64,000 nucleotides of DNA from Chrysomallon squamiferum (GCA_012295275.1 CM022677.1:23994001-24058000), one strand, 5' to 3'; counted from the stretch's first letter, positions 1 through 13,314 are shown. Made by a program: numbers and translations. Notes: generated by a model not told the origin, from the letters alone.

Positions 1-59
1 AGAAGCGACCAATCGCATTCGAGCTCTTTGCTGACAGTAAGATTCTACACTGCTAAGTA

Positions 60-3000
60 GGAGGATAAAAAAAAAAAAAAAAAAAAAAGCAGTGGAAAGA
101 TAGAAAAGATCACAACCAAGGCAAGAAATGTGTTACTAATTACTGAGATTTCAATGAATTTTTTACAGATACTGACGACTTATACTGCTGTGTTACTGGA
201 GGACGATCTGATTGTATAACATTTAACAGCAACCAGACAACGGAATTGAGAAGCGACCAATCACATTCGAGCTCTTTGCTCACACTAAGATTCTACACTG
301 CTAAGTACTGAGAATCAGTCATTTACTTTTTTTGCACTTAGGATTTCGAGTTCAGTTCTCAAACTTCCCACTTCATTTTTGAATTTGAAACAGTACTGTG
401 CACTTGAGAACCAATTTGGTAAGAAACGGAATGCCAGCATCAAATTTTAAGAACAAATAACCATCTCTCCAGCCAAGATCAGTAATCAAAAAAAAGAGGA
501 CAATTCAGATATATTAAAGATGAGACGATTTTATATTACTGTTATATATTTTGAATATGCCAACACAATTTATTAAACATTTTGGCAGAACTAAGTAATA
601 CTGGTTACAATTTATAATTTAATGGGATCTCTATCAGTTTTCACATGGAAATATATTTAAAAATAAACATGGCTGACACACTGCATTTTGTCTAAACGCA
701 GCCAATACACATTACTGCTCAGGTGGCAACACTGACTATGTGGACAAATGAGAACACTACTTACAGTACTGGACATGTTTTGTATGTGTATGTAATTGTT
801 AATGTCTGTATGTGCAGAAATTTTTTTTTTTTTATGCAGACTGTCATACAATGTAATTAGTTCTAGTTAACATATGTGGTACAAATGATCACTTACAAAT
901 CAATATGCCAGGTATAGATACAGATGAAATCACCCATTAATCTGGTGTTACAGGATAACGTTTTTCTACAAAACACAGCAGAACCCATGCTGAAGTTAAC
1001 TGCTTTTGTTAAAGATTACTTTCAACACTTGGGGCCGAGTGAAACTGGTATCAGGAGTGAATGAGTTGAAATTAATGTTAAACTACATGTTAATATATTT
1101 TATATTTCATTATATGGTTGCTGAATGTATTTGTTTAATTAGTTTAATTTTTATCATTTGTTTTATGAATCTGGTCAGTTTGTCCTCCTTGGAGACACCA
1201 GAGTTACCATATTGTAAATGTTAACATTGTATGTCAGGAATTAACTAATATTAAAGTCCTTTAATTTGAAACCTCATCTTGTTTGTTTATTCCTTAGACA
1301 CTTCAAGCGTTTCTAAAAAAAAAACAAAAAAAACCCACAAACATATTGTTATGAAATATGCATTGTTTACAATTGCTTTGAGATTATACCTTAATTGCAC
1401 AATGCATTGCTATACTGTGGATATTTTAGAGCTGCCTGGACAAATTGGTCAACAGCATTGTGTTAATTTAAATGAAAGTATTAACTGAATGAAATGATGA
1501 AGCCATTTTATCAGCAGCTCAGTACCAGACAAATAAAAAGAAAACTATGAATTGGATGTGAAAAACCACTGGCTTCTTTGAAATATTTGCTTAGTGGTTC
1601 AAGTACACCTAACAATCCCATTTAATGCAAGGAAAATAGAGCAAGTTTTGTGGTTAGTGGTAGATGGAGGACAATGGTCAAAGGAAATTAACTCTGCCAG
1701 ACTGGTCCAGTGCAATGTGAGTGGAGCACAAACCAGTCTTTTCCATTCAAACGCCATTACAACAACTGCAGGAAAAAAAACCCAAAATAACAATATCTGA
1801 ATTTTCTAGCAGAGTCCAGCATTTTCAGTTTACAGAAACAAATGGCAATGCCTGGAAATGCCTGTCCAGACTAACAATTAGACCAAACGATAGGAATCTA
1901 ATGACTGAAATTTGACAAGTCTCTCTTCAAGCGAAGCACAAGACACAGTCATTACTAACAACAGGATCAATCCAGAATTGAATGATGGGATGAGGCTCCC
2001 AGTCGGTCCTGTCATCTTTGTACTGGGCACCCAAGCAAGAAAGACCAGTGGAAAAACAGGAATACAGAAAAGTGTAGACATCCCAGTTTTGCAGCAGATG
2101 GTATTGAGTGTTCAATTCTCAAAAATTTCCCACTTCTATTATGAACTTCAAACAGTACTCGTCATACCAACAATCTATCCGTCTAATACTGAACTAATAG
2201 ATATTCTCTCATCACTGGAATGGGTTCTAAATATAACTTACGTGAAAAACAAAAATGAATTTTATACAGATACGGCAGACTTTTCCTGCCATGCTAATGA
2301 AAACAAAATATTATTGAATATTTTGTTCTTTTCAACAGCAATGAGACAATGGAATTGAGAAGTGACCAGTTGCTTTCGAGCTCTTTGCTAACACTAAGAT
2401 TCTACATTGCTAAGTACTGAGGATTAGTCACATACAATTTAAGCAATCTAGACACGGACAGATTCCCTGATTACAAACGGGAAAAGATCACTGAGCTTTT
2501 ACCTGGATATTCAGCTGACAGTATCACTTGGCATATGTGGACTGAAAAGGGTAAAAAAAAAAAAAATATAAAAAATGGAAAGATAGAAAAATCACAAACA
2601 AGGGCAAGACATGTGTTACTAATTACTGGGATTTCAATGAATTTTTTACAGATACTGACGACTTATACTGCCATGTTACTGAAGGACGGACGATCTGATT
2701 GATAATATTTAACAGCAACCAGACAACTGAATTGAGAAACGACCAATCGCATTCGAGCTCTTTTTGCTCACACTAAGATTCTACACTGCTAAGTCCTGAG
2801 GATCAGTCGTTTACCTTTTTTGTGTTTAGGATTTCGTGTTCAGTTCTCAAAAATGTCCCACTTCAATTTTGAACTTGAAACAGTACTGTGCACTTGAGAA
2901 CCAATTTGTTAAGAAACGGAATGCCAGCATCAAATTTTAAGAACAAATAACCATCTCTCCAGCCAAGATCAGTAATCAAAAAAAAAGAGGACAATTCAGA

Positions 3001-4600
3001 TATTATATTAAAGATGAGACAATTTTATATTACTTGTGGACTTATTTTGAATATGCCAACACAATTTATTAAACGTCTTGGTAGAACTAAGTAATACTGG
3101 TTACAGTTTATAATTTAATGGGATCTCTATCAGTTTTCACATGGAAATATATTTAAAAATAAACATGGCTGACACACTGCATTTTGTCTGTAAATGCAGC
3201 CAATACACACTGCTGCTCAGGTGGCAACATTGATTATGTGGACAAGTGATAACACTTCTTACAATACTGCACATGTTTTATATGTGTGTCATTGTTAATG
3301 TCTTGTATATGCAGAAAGGATTTTTTTTTATGCAGACTGTCATACAATGTAATTAGTTCTAGTTAACATATGTGGTACAAATGATCACTTACAAATCAAT
3401 ATGCCAGGTATAGATACAGATGAAATCACCCATTAATCTGGTGTTACAGGATAACGTTTTTCTACAAAACACAGCAGAACCCATGCTGAAGTTAACTGCT
3501 TTTGTTAAAGATTACTTTCAACACTTGGGGCCGAAGTGAAACTGGTATCAGGAGTGAATGAGTTGAAATTAATGTTAAACTACATGTTAATATATTTTAT
3601 ATTTCATTATATGGTTGCTGAATGTATTTGTTTAATTAGTTTAATTTTTATCATTTGTTTTATGAATCTGGTCAGTTTGTCCTCCTTGGAGACACCAGAG
3701 TTACCATATTGTAAATGTTAACATTGCTATGTCAGGAATTAACTAATATTAAAGTCCTTTAATTTGAAACCTCATCTTGTTTGTTTATTCCTTAGACACT
3801 TCAAGCGTTTCTAAAAAAAAAACAAAAAAAACCCACAAACATATTGTTATGAAATATGCATTGTTTACAATTGCTTCAACATTATACCTTAATTGCACAA
3901 TGCATTGCTATACTGTGGATATTTTAGAGCTGCCTGAACAAATTGGTCAACAGTGTTGTGTTAACAATTTAAATGAAAGTATTAACTGAATAAAATGTTC
4001 AGCAGCTCAGTACCAGACAAATAAAAAAAAAAACTGCGAATCGGATGTGAAAAACCACTGGCTTCTTTGAAATATTTTCTTAGTGGTTCAAGTACACCTA
4101 ACAATCCCATTTCATGCAAGGAAAATAGAGCAAGTTTTGTGGTTAGTGGTAGAGGGAGGACAATGGTCGAAGGAAATTAACTCTGCCAGACTGGTCCAGT
4201 GCAATGTGAGTGCTACAAACCAGTCTTTTCCATTCAAACGCCATTACAACAACTGCAGGAAAAAAAAACCAAAATAACAATATCTGAATTTTCTAGCAGA
4301 GTCCAGCATTTTCAGTTTACAGAAACAAATGACAATGCCTGGAAATGACTGTCCAGACTAACAATTAGACCAAACGATAGGAATCTAATGACTGAAATTT
4401 GACAAGAGCCTCTTCAAGCGAAGCACAAGACACAGCCATTACCGACAACAGGATCAATCCAGAATTGAATGACAGGACCGATTGGTAGCCTCATCCCATC
4501 ATCTTTGTACTGGGCACCCAAGCAAGAAAGACCAGTGGAAAAACAGGAATACAGACACAAGTGAAGACCATCCCAGGATTTGCAGCAGATGGTATTGATG
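60..4600 (+). repeat. ~2.5 kb tandem segmental duplication (~60-2105 and ~2550-4600)
   Basis: Near-identical blocks offset by ~2490-2500 bp, e.g. ORFs 1279..1488 vs 3777..3989 and 1594..1800 vs 4083..4277. The string ttaaaataaacatggctgacacactgc occurs at ~657 and ~3153. Confidence 0.9.
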
Positions 4601-5010
4601 TAAAATGGTGTGGTACAACAGGGGAAATGTGGTAGAAGTCTCAGCTAGACAGTTTTATTTCAGATATACTGATGAAACACCAGGCCCCACCGAATGTCGT
4701 TTTACAGCTGGGATCGAACAATGTGGCAACAACGAATTAAAAAGTGACAACATGCTCTGAGTCCTTTGACAGAGTGCTTCTCTTCTCTGTGAGGATCATC
4801 AGGTCAAACATGCTGCCTCACACTTACTGGCACAGAGCTAGTCACCCACAGCAGAGAGACAAGAGGGTGAACAGTGAAGTCACTGGTCCTTGCAGATTCA
4901 CCGCACAGTGGGAGATGTTCAGCACTGATGGGGAGTACTTGTCCAGAGAGGGAAATGCAGTCTACATGGGAGAAGTACAACTCCAAAAACATCAGTTTGT
5001 AGAAAGTTGA
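4480..5010 (+). pseudogene. Degenerate SGNH hydrolase/esterase of the type carried by Ngaro/DIRS-like retroelements
   Basis: Collinear motifs across frameshifts: (V/I)xSSII.YWA..ERP; VKWCGTTGEMW; APPNVVLQLGSNNV (block III, LGxND); IIRSNMLPHTYWHRA...KRVNSEV; FSTDGEYLSREGNAVYM (block V DGVHL, with His replaced by Tyr). Family assignment is from motif recall, not a search. Confidence 0.6.
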
Positions 5011-5827
5011 TCCCCAGACATGTGAGTGGATTTGTGTTTTTGTTTACAATTTCAATTTTTAATTACGTCTTACTAGTTTTCAGTTTTATAATTATTTACT
5101 TAAATAAAACATTTTTAATGTGTTTTTAGACATGTGCTTTTGTAACGTTTTTTTTTCTCAAAACCAAGTTAATTTCACATTGTTACAACTTCTGAAAGAC
5201 TTAACAGAAATGTTCTGTTAATTTTAGTGTAAAATAATTCATTTTCATATAAACTGAAATAAATCAAAGATATGAACTTGATTGAACTTGACCAGGATCC
5301 AAAAATCAGAATCTACTCACTACAATATTATCAAGTGTTTCCGTCTAAACAGCTAAACAGAAGACAAAGAGCCATGCCCCACAGGAGGAAAATGTATCTG
5401 ATTTTTCATCCAGTGCAAACCTGTCTAATAACTCAACTTTTAATGTTAGGGTTGCAGCCATAATTCAGCAGGCTTGGATTGAACATGTTATTAATTACTA
5501 GAAAATTACAAGCAGGGCAAAAAGTGGACATTTCATAAACACTGCTAAAATCATATAGTGGTATTCTACCCCTGGGAGAAAAAAAAATCTTGGAAAAACT
5601 GCAACATTTGTAGAAATTAGGGCAAGATAAAACTGCACTGCTTTTTGTGGACCACCCTGTAGAAACAGACAGAAAACAATACAAGTCCAGTACAATATAA
5701 GCACTACATGCAGCAGAAAGAAGTCTTCTACACAGCAACTGCAGGGAAGAATATATTTGGACTATTTCTCCAGTACAATCCAGCCTTTTTGATTTAGAAA
5801 AACAAGTAATAATGCCTGGAATGTATA

Positions 5828-5858
<31 letters not shown>

Positions 5859-6769
5859 CGTCTGCCAAGAATAATGGAGGCAGATTAAATTGCAGGACCA
5901 CTCAATCACCGAGTTTCTCTACAACAGGATCAATCCAGAATTGAACAACAGAACCCAGTTGGCCAGCCCTTAGCATCAGCTTAGTAATGAGCATACAGCA
6001 AGAAAGATCAGTGGAAAACAAGTGAGCCGGACTCTACCAGTAATTTAGGAATGTGGGATGAGGAACATGTTCAGCTGTCAATATTGCGTAAATCTGGCCA
6101 TGAACCGAAGCTAGTCAGAATGTTGTACATGAGACAACTGGTGATACATACTACTAAAAAAATAAATAAAAAATAAATTTCACTGGTTAAATCTGGAAAA
6201 AAAGTCACCACAAATAGTGTCATTACACTTTGGCATGGGTCACGTAGTCAGTATAAATAGAGACAAATAAATCAGATCTGTCAGTTCGTCATTGTAATCT
6301 CAACTTGCACGTTACTCGTTTAATTTGAAGCTTTTACAAGTGATGCCAGCTAGGACAGTTCACATCGAACCAGATGCAATTTATCATTTGATAGTAGAGG
6401 GCCATCAAATGGAAGACTTAGTAAATCCAGCGCATCTTCCCAGATGCATAAACCTGAACAAAAATGAGATGAAGCATCAAAGTTTTATGTACTAACTTGA
6501 ATCAACTGAAGCTGGACTTCAGAGACAAATGAAAGTTGGGTGAACATGTACATTATTTATCTTAAAATGTGTATCAAACACGGTCAGTTTGGCATCAGTT
6601 TAACCCCATGTTTTAATGGACACATGCTTTATATTTATACCCACTGATTTAGTCGAACAAAGAATAAATTATGTTGTCATTTTGTCACATAAATCTGCAC
6701 CAATTCCTAGTGCTACTGTATTGACTTACTGGTGCAATCCACCAATCAACATGAAATACAAAACAGGAA

Positions 6770-6887
6770 AGATACAATTTGAGAAATCTAGACATGGACC
6801 GATTCCCTGATTACAAACGGGAAAAAATCACAGAGCTTTTACCTGGATATTCATCTGACAGTATCACTTGGCATATGTGGATTGAGG

Positions 6888-6921
<34 letters not shown>

Positions 6922-7800
6922 CAATGGAAAGATAGAAAAGATCACAGCCAAGGGCAGGAAATGTGTTACTAATTACTGGGATTTCAATGAATTTTTTTTA
7001 CAGATACAGCTGACTTATACTGCCATGTTACTGAAGGACGGACGATCTGATTGATAACATTTAACAGCAACCAGACAATGGAACTGAGAAGCGACCAATC
7101 GCATTCGAGCTCTTTGCTGACACTAAGATTCTATACTGCTAAGTAGGAGGATAAAAAAAACCCAATAAAAATAAAAAGCAGTGGAAAGATAGAAAAGATC
7201 ACAACCAAGGGCAAGAAATGTGTTACTAATTACTGGGATTTCAATGAATTTTATACAGATACAGCACTTTTCCTGGCATGCTAATAAAAAGAACGAAATA
7301 TTCAATAATATTTAACAGCAATGAGACAATGGAATTGAGAAGTGACCAGTTGCTTTCAAGCTCTTTGCTGACACTAAGATTCTACACTGCTAAACTACTG
7401 AGGATTAGTCGTATACAATTTAAGCAATCTAGACACGGGACAGATTCCCTGATTACAAACGGGAAAAGATCACCGAGCTTTTACGTGGATACTCAGCTGA
7501 CAGTATCACTTGGCATATGTGGACTGAAAAGGGTAAAAAAATAAAAATAAAAACAATGGAAAGATAGAAAGGATCACAACCAAGGGCAAGACATGTGTTA
7601 CTAATTACTGGGATTTCAATGATATTTTTACAGATACTGACGACTTATACTGCCGTGTCACTGAAGGACGGACGATCTGATTGATAACATTTAACAGCAA
7701 CCAGACAACGGAATTGAGAAACGACCAATCGCATTCGAGCTCTTTGCTCACACTAAGATTCTACACTGCTAAGTACTGAGGATCAGCCATTTAGGATTTC
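6770..7800 (+). repeat. Tandem copies of a 250-400 bp subunit also present at 1-350 and 2330-2810
   Basis: Core ctctttgct(g/c/a)acactaagattctacactgctaagt, with minor variants, at ~25, 272, 2381, 2760, 7110, 7361 and 7741. Confidence 0.85.
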
Positions 7801-9732
7801 GTGTTACAATTCTCAAAAATTTCCCACTTCAAACAGTACTCTTCATTCATCTACAGAAGTAGACTGACCAACAATCTATCCGTCTTTAATACTGAACTAA
7901 TAGATATTCTCTCATCACTGGAATGGGTTCTAAATAAAACTTACGTGCAAAACAAACAAAAAAAAAACCTCGTAATCACTCCCACAATCATCCACAAACA
8001 ATTCTTCATATGGGTACCGTTCTGAATAGGAACGAAATTATACGTCACCAGCTTTGTGGAAGACTCACAAAACATGTTCCTGCAAGATTACAAACAGCTG
8101 GTCAACACAAACAACTTCACAAGGCAGATGCTGATGATGTACAGGAAACCCCAGAGGGAAAAAAAAACCCCAAAAACGACAAGACAAGCACACCACAGAA
8201 AGGTGGTACAGGTGGCAGAAAGAGGATCAGCCAAAAGAAAAAACAAGTGAACATGCACTATGTGCTGATGGACCAGACCCCAGACCAAAGACATCATACC
8301 CTCGATGATAAAACTGGTGGCCAAAGAGAGACAGTCCCATGGATTTACAACCTGTACAAAATATACCACTAGATGCAAGAAAAAAACACCTGAGATCAAT
8401 GAACATCGACTAGTTCACAAGCAACAGCATGGAAAGAAACATACTAGCGTAAAGAGACACTCTACGCACTAGATAACAGACTAAACAAACTAGAAAGACA
8501 AGCAGCACAGATCAATGAAAACCATGGGGGGGGGCAAAACAAATGGACCGATGTACAAACCAGATTAAAAAATTTAGAAGAAAATTTTAACAGAAATGTA
8601 AAATAGTAAACTGAAGTTCTGGTTGCATTTCAGTGTCTCCAGCATCTGTCGCATGTACTGCACTGTCATTGATACAACTGATCAGTACTACTTGGCAGCT
8701 GTGTAACAAGGCTGGGACGAAGACAATGCAGAGAGGAAAGACTCTACAAGCAAAGACAACTGCATAATAAGAAAGCACAGAGCTCTACAAAACAGAACAA
8801 AAAAAAAAAAATGCAAAGCAGTCTTTAAAGACGATGACACAATTGACTTCAACTGTAAATATATAACTAACAAAATTATGACCATTATGGCATTACATCA
8901 TTAAACCAAAAGTAAACTTTCCCAGCCCACCTTCAGACAACAAAACAACTCGAGTTTTAATCTGTCTCAGATTGGGAGTAAACTTCGGACTAAACGACAG
9001 ACTCAAAAATAATTAAAGTAATGAATGCGACAAATATAATAAACCAGACAATGTCAGACACTATCTTTTCTATTGCACGAAATGCTACAAGGACAGATGC
9101 AACTTAAGCACAGCTGTAGAAAAAATCAAAATCAAATTTACTCCAATCAACATTTTTACCCCACTTGAAAAAACCAAGTAGATCATCTCATAATATGGTA
9201 TGTAGAAGTGACAGAAGTCCAGAAGTCAAAATATAAAGAGGGAAAGTTTACCAGTACATGTTGGGGATGATGAGCAGGGGTTGGACGTGAGATAGGAGAC
9301 GATGACACCTGATAGTGCCGTGCCGTCTCCCCTCCTCCATCGGCCACCCCCCATACCAGCGTTCTTTCAGCTCGTCACCCTCGCCAGTTGTAATCCCGAG
9401 ATCTCTAACCCCGGAACCAACTGGTAATTTCCCACACCCATACCAATTTTCATTTTTGAATATTCTGATTTGGTGGAGCTTTTTTTTTTGTTATTTTTTT
9501 TTTTTAAATGATCAATTTTCAACACACATGAATCACTTAAGTTGTGGACAAATTACATCGTTTTCTCACTTCCCCAAATCATAAAATATAACAAAAACGA
9601 TCCCAACTGATTAATGATTTTATTAATTAATTCTCTGATTTTCAAGGTATTACAAAAAGTTTGATCACATTTTGTGTTCGTTATTGCTCAAATGTAAAAC
9701 TGCAATATTATGAACGGCGTAAATTTTATTAA

Positions 9733-9900
9733 TTTCAAATTTTCAAAATGGCGGGACGTCCACACGCGCGCGCCCCTGTTGAACTACAGTGAACGCTTTA
9801 CAAACTTGGGCAATTAGTGGGAAACAAAGAAAGTATGCTAGTGTGGCTGGCGAAAATTTGCAGTTTGAACTATAGGTTTCTTACAAATTTCCGCCGCTTA
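9733..9900. promoter_or_regulatory. Candidate E2F/CHR/YY1 cell-cycle regulatory cluster in DUT intron 1
   Basis: CpG-rich patch containing TTCAAA x2 (reverse CHR), AAAATGGCGGGA (YY1/E2F overlap), CGCGCGCG, TGGCGAAAA, TTTGAA and TTTCCGCC. Confidence 0.4.
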
Positions 9901-10288
9901 AATTTAGGTTTACCGACTTCTAACTAACTTAGTAATTTTTAGTTAGCGAAGTAAACGTTTTACTAACAAAATTGGGAAAACTTCAAGAGGTCATAATAAT
10001 AATAATAAATAAATAAATCCATAAATTAAAGTAAATATAGGTTGAATTTAAAATCGAGTGGAACCCATAAAATTCTTAGAATTTATCCTGAGTAAAAGAG
10101 TCTAAAACTTCGTACAACACGAGGCAGACCAAAACTGAAAATGTATCTTTACTTTAACTATATAAAACTGTATCAGATACATAAAGAATGAATAATTAAT
10201 AACATTGAGAATTAATTCGCGGGCTTTTAAGAAATCAAAAAAAAAAAACAAAAAAAGCACGTGGCCCTGCATTTGTAATTTACATTAC

Positions 10289-10458
10289 CTGTACAAATCA
10301 TAGCCAGCTGCCTCTTTAGAACCTCGTGTTGGCACGTATGCGTTTTCGGTAAGCTTCGAAAAGCGAAGGACAGTCTCTTCTGATGGCATTTTATGGAATT
10401 TCTTGGAACGTGGCTCCAAATCGCAGATACAGCGCATTGCAACTTCTGCCGCAAGCAT
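10289..10458 (-). CDS. DUT: dUTP pyrophosphatase (dUTPase), first coding exon only
   Basis: MPSEETVLRFSKLTENAYVPTRGSKEAAGYDLY(S) contains dUTPase motif 1 (AGYDL). Donor AG|GTAATG at 10289/10288. In-frame ATGs include 10389, 10458 and 10506. Downstream exons were not found in the window. Confidence 0.92.
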
Positions 10459-10506
10459 CGCTTTTATCGGCGAATTTAGCGCCTTTTTTATTGCGCACGT
10501 TATCAT

Positions 10507-10584
10507 TGGCTGGAAAGAAAATACAAAACCAAGTGAGAATATATTCCAAAAGATGATTTGATTTGGTTATTTAATTTTTTATCT

Positions 10585-10643
<59 letters not shown>

Positions 10644-10994
10644 CATCATCATCATTATCTTCCGTTGGTTACTGTTTATTTTTATGAAATACTTTATTAG
10701 CATATGAGCATACTAAGATACTTAATTTATAAAAGTAATTATGTTTCAAAATCAATATTTCTGTATAGTATTTCAATTTGCATAATTATTTTATTTATAC
10801 TTATATGTAATATAAGATTGTTCGTTAAAATACTTATCATTTCAATTTTCACTAAAGATAAACTGATAAATTATAAGAAAAATATTTTAATCTTCAAACA
10901 TTGTGCAGTATACTAAACTGAGAAATAAAAACTGTTTAAAGGAAAATATCATCTCCATTTCTACTACTTCCGGGTCAGATAGTTAAGAAGGGTC
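10507..10994. promoter_or_regulatory. Bidirectional promoter between DUT and KTI12
   Basis: Divergent start codons ~0.5-0.6 kb apart. ETS-type ACTTCCGG at 10966-10973 just upstream of the KTI12 ATG. (CA)n tract at ~10587-10642. Confidence 0.65.
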
Positions 10995-13020
10995 ATGCCG
11001 TTTGTTTTATTATGTGGGCTACCTGCCAGTGGAAAAACATCGAAAACGGATGAGTTGAAAAAATATATAACCGAAAACTTCCCCGATCGAAACATTCATA
11101 TTGTCAGCGATCATAATTCAGGGGTAGACAAGAACAAAGTTTACGCAGGTGTTCGAAATCTTATCATTAACTGATTGATACTGAACTCAGAACTGTGAAC
11201 ATGAATCATTAATAATTGAACTGATTAACAAAACGAAAAAACAAACAGTTAATGATTAAAATATTATAATTCATGAAATAGAATGAAATAACATTGTTCA
11301 TTGAATAATACCTTTAGAAATGATTTCTGCAAATTTAAGAACGATATGTTACACTTTCAGACTCGAGATTAGAGAAACAAGTCCGAAGCACACTGAAATC
11401 AGACGTACAACGGTAATAATTATGTCCCTTTGCTAGGCCAGACGAATTAAATTTTATGTTTATATTCATCAATAATAATACTATTATAGTGTGTTATACT
11501 TATTCAGATCTGTCTTTTTTGTCAAATATTTTATATCTTAGTTAATGGATACTAATATTATTTAATATATTACTTATTAGTATATATTTTATTGTCATTC
11601 ATTCTCATCTTAAAATTAAATAAATATTTAGTAATTAATAATTTATATTTTTGCAGGCTTCTAAATAAGGATGATGTTATTATATTGGATTCATTAAATT
11701 ACATAAAAGGTTAGTTTTTATTTTTAGTGCTGTAGGAATGTCATTCCTTTTTAATAACAGTAAAAACATTAAAAAAAAAAAAAAAAAAAAAAGATTATGC
11801 AGAAACTGTATTAATAGAAAGAATTTTTAATTTATACTTTGACAGTGATTTAAACATTTTTGTGCCTTTAAAGTTTTCTTCAGATTACATGTATAGACAT
11901 TCTTGAGTATATGTCTATATAAGCTTACACATGGACTTAGAATGATATTTATTACTGATAACCAGATATGTATGTGTATGTCTGTACATATATATGTGTG
12001 TATGTATCTATATACACACACAAAGAAAGAGACAACAAAATTAAACTGTAAATTTGGAATATAATTCTGAAATTCTTAGATGCTAAATAGATCTACAAAT
12101 CATGTACACTATGTGTTGATGATTGTATATAATTGATATAAATTTTGTTGTACTGTAGTAAAAGTCTAGACATTTGGTAAATTTATGATACTGTAGATTT
12201 ACTGAATTGTACTTGAGTAAAAATACATAAACTGAGTATTCATGATGTTTAAATTCAGATATGAGTTGTACTCGAGTATAAATTATAAACTAGTATTTAT
12301 CTTATTTTAGGTTTCAGATAAGAGCTGTACTTGAGTAAAAGTCTATAAACTGAGTATTTATCTGATTTTAGGTTCCAGATATGAGTTGTACTTGAGTAAA
12401 AGTCTATAAACTGAGTATTTATCTGATTTTAGGTTCCAGATATGAGTTGTACTTGATTAAAAGTCTATAAACTGAGTATTTATCTTGTTTCAGGTTTCAG
12501 ATATGAGTTGTACTGTGTAACGAAATCTTGTCAAACACCTCACTGTGTTGTAAGTATGAGTTTTATAAAAATATTTTCATCAACAGCTGTTCAAACCTAA
12601 ACTGAGAAGCAGTCCAAACAGAACACTGACCAGTGGTCAATATTTCTGCTTCAGTTAGAGGATAGTATAAGAGTCAGACACTTTTTTATTACAGGAAAGT
12701 AATGTACTTTAGAAAAAAAAAAAAAATTGGTAGGAACTGAGTTGAACACTGGCAGAAGTAATTACCTCACGTGTAATATAGATTATCTTTTATTTTTGTT
12801 TTTATTTCGTTTTCTTTTTCTTCTTATCATCATCATTATATTGTTACTATTATTATTATTTATATTATTATCAGTATACTCATTATTATTATTATTATTA
12901 TTATCATCATGAGCATCATTATTACTATTACTATTATTAATGTCAGTATCATTATCATTATTTTTATTATTATTATCATCATGAGCACCATTATTACTAT
13001 TACTGTTATTAAGGTCAATA

Positions 13021-13068
<48 letters not shown>

Positions 13069-13274
13069 TCTATTTGCTGATAGTCTGCATTTAAAGGACA
13101 TATATATTTATATTGTTAAAAGTTTCTCACACTGACATGTGTGTTACAGGTGTTTTGTGATATAAATGTTGAACTGGCTGCTAAGTGGAACAAGAACAGA
13201 GACATCAGTGAACAGTATACAGCAGAAGTGTGAGAAATACTTTCAAATTACTGATAAATAATTTACTTAATTAC

Positions 13275-13314
<40 letters not shown>

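Larger units (their letters stand above)
1..9250 (+). mobile_element. Decayed, internally duplicated mobile-element mosaic (PHD-like, SGNH-hydrolase and coiled-coil relics), probably within DUT intron 1
   Basis: Almost no microsatellites, unlike the rest of the window. Many frameshifted protein-like fragments, e.g. LVQCNV...FH...WKCLS (PHD-like) at ~1700-1870 and ~4190-4350 and an SGNH relic at ~4480-5010. Extensive internal duplication. No termini identified. Confidence 0.55.

Noticed and set aside
9264-9312. C/D snoRNA, hammerhead or SECIS (ATGATGA...CTGA)
   Set aside because: Box spacing is only ~45 nt, it is antisense to the host DUT intron, and there is no complete hammerhead core or SECIS geometry.
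1-10288. Further DUT exons
   Set aside because: No dUTPase motifs 2-5 (RSG, GVID.DY.G, RIAQL, RG.GGFGSTG) were recognised by eye on the minus strand. They presumably lie left of the window.
12130-12515. CRISPR-like arrays (also 19700-20000 and 52709-53440)
   Set aside because: Units are head-to-tail with no unique spacers, there are no cas genes, and the context is eukaryotic introns.
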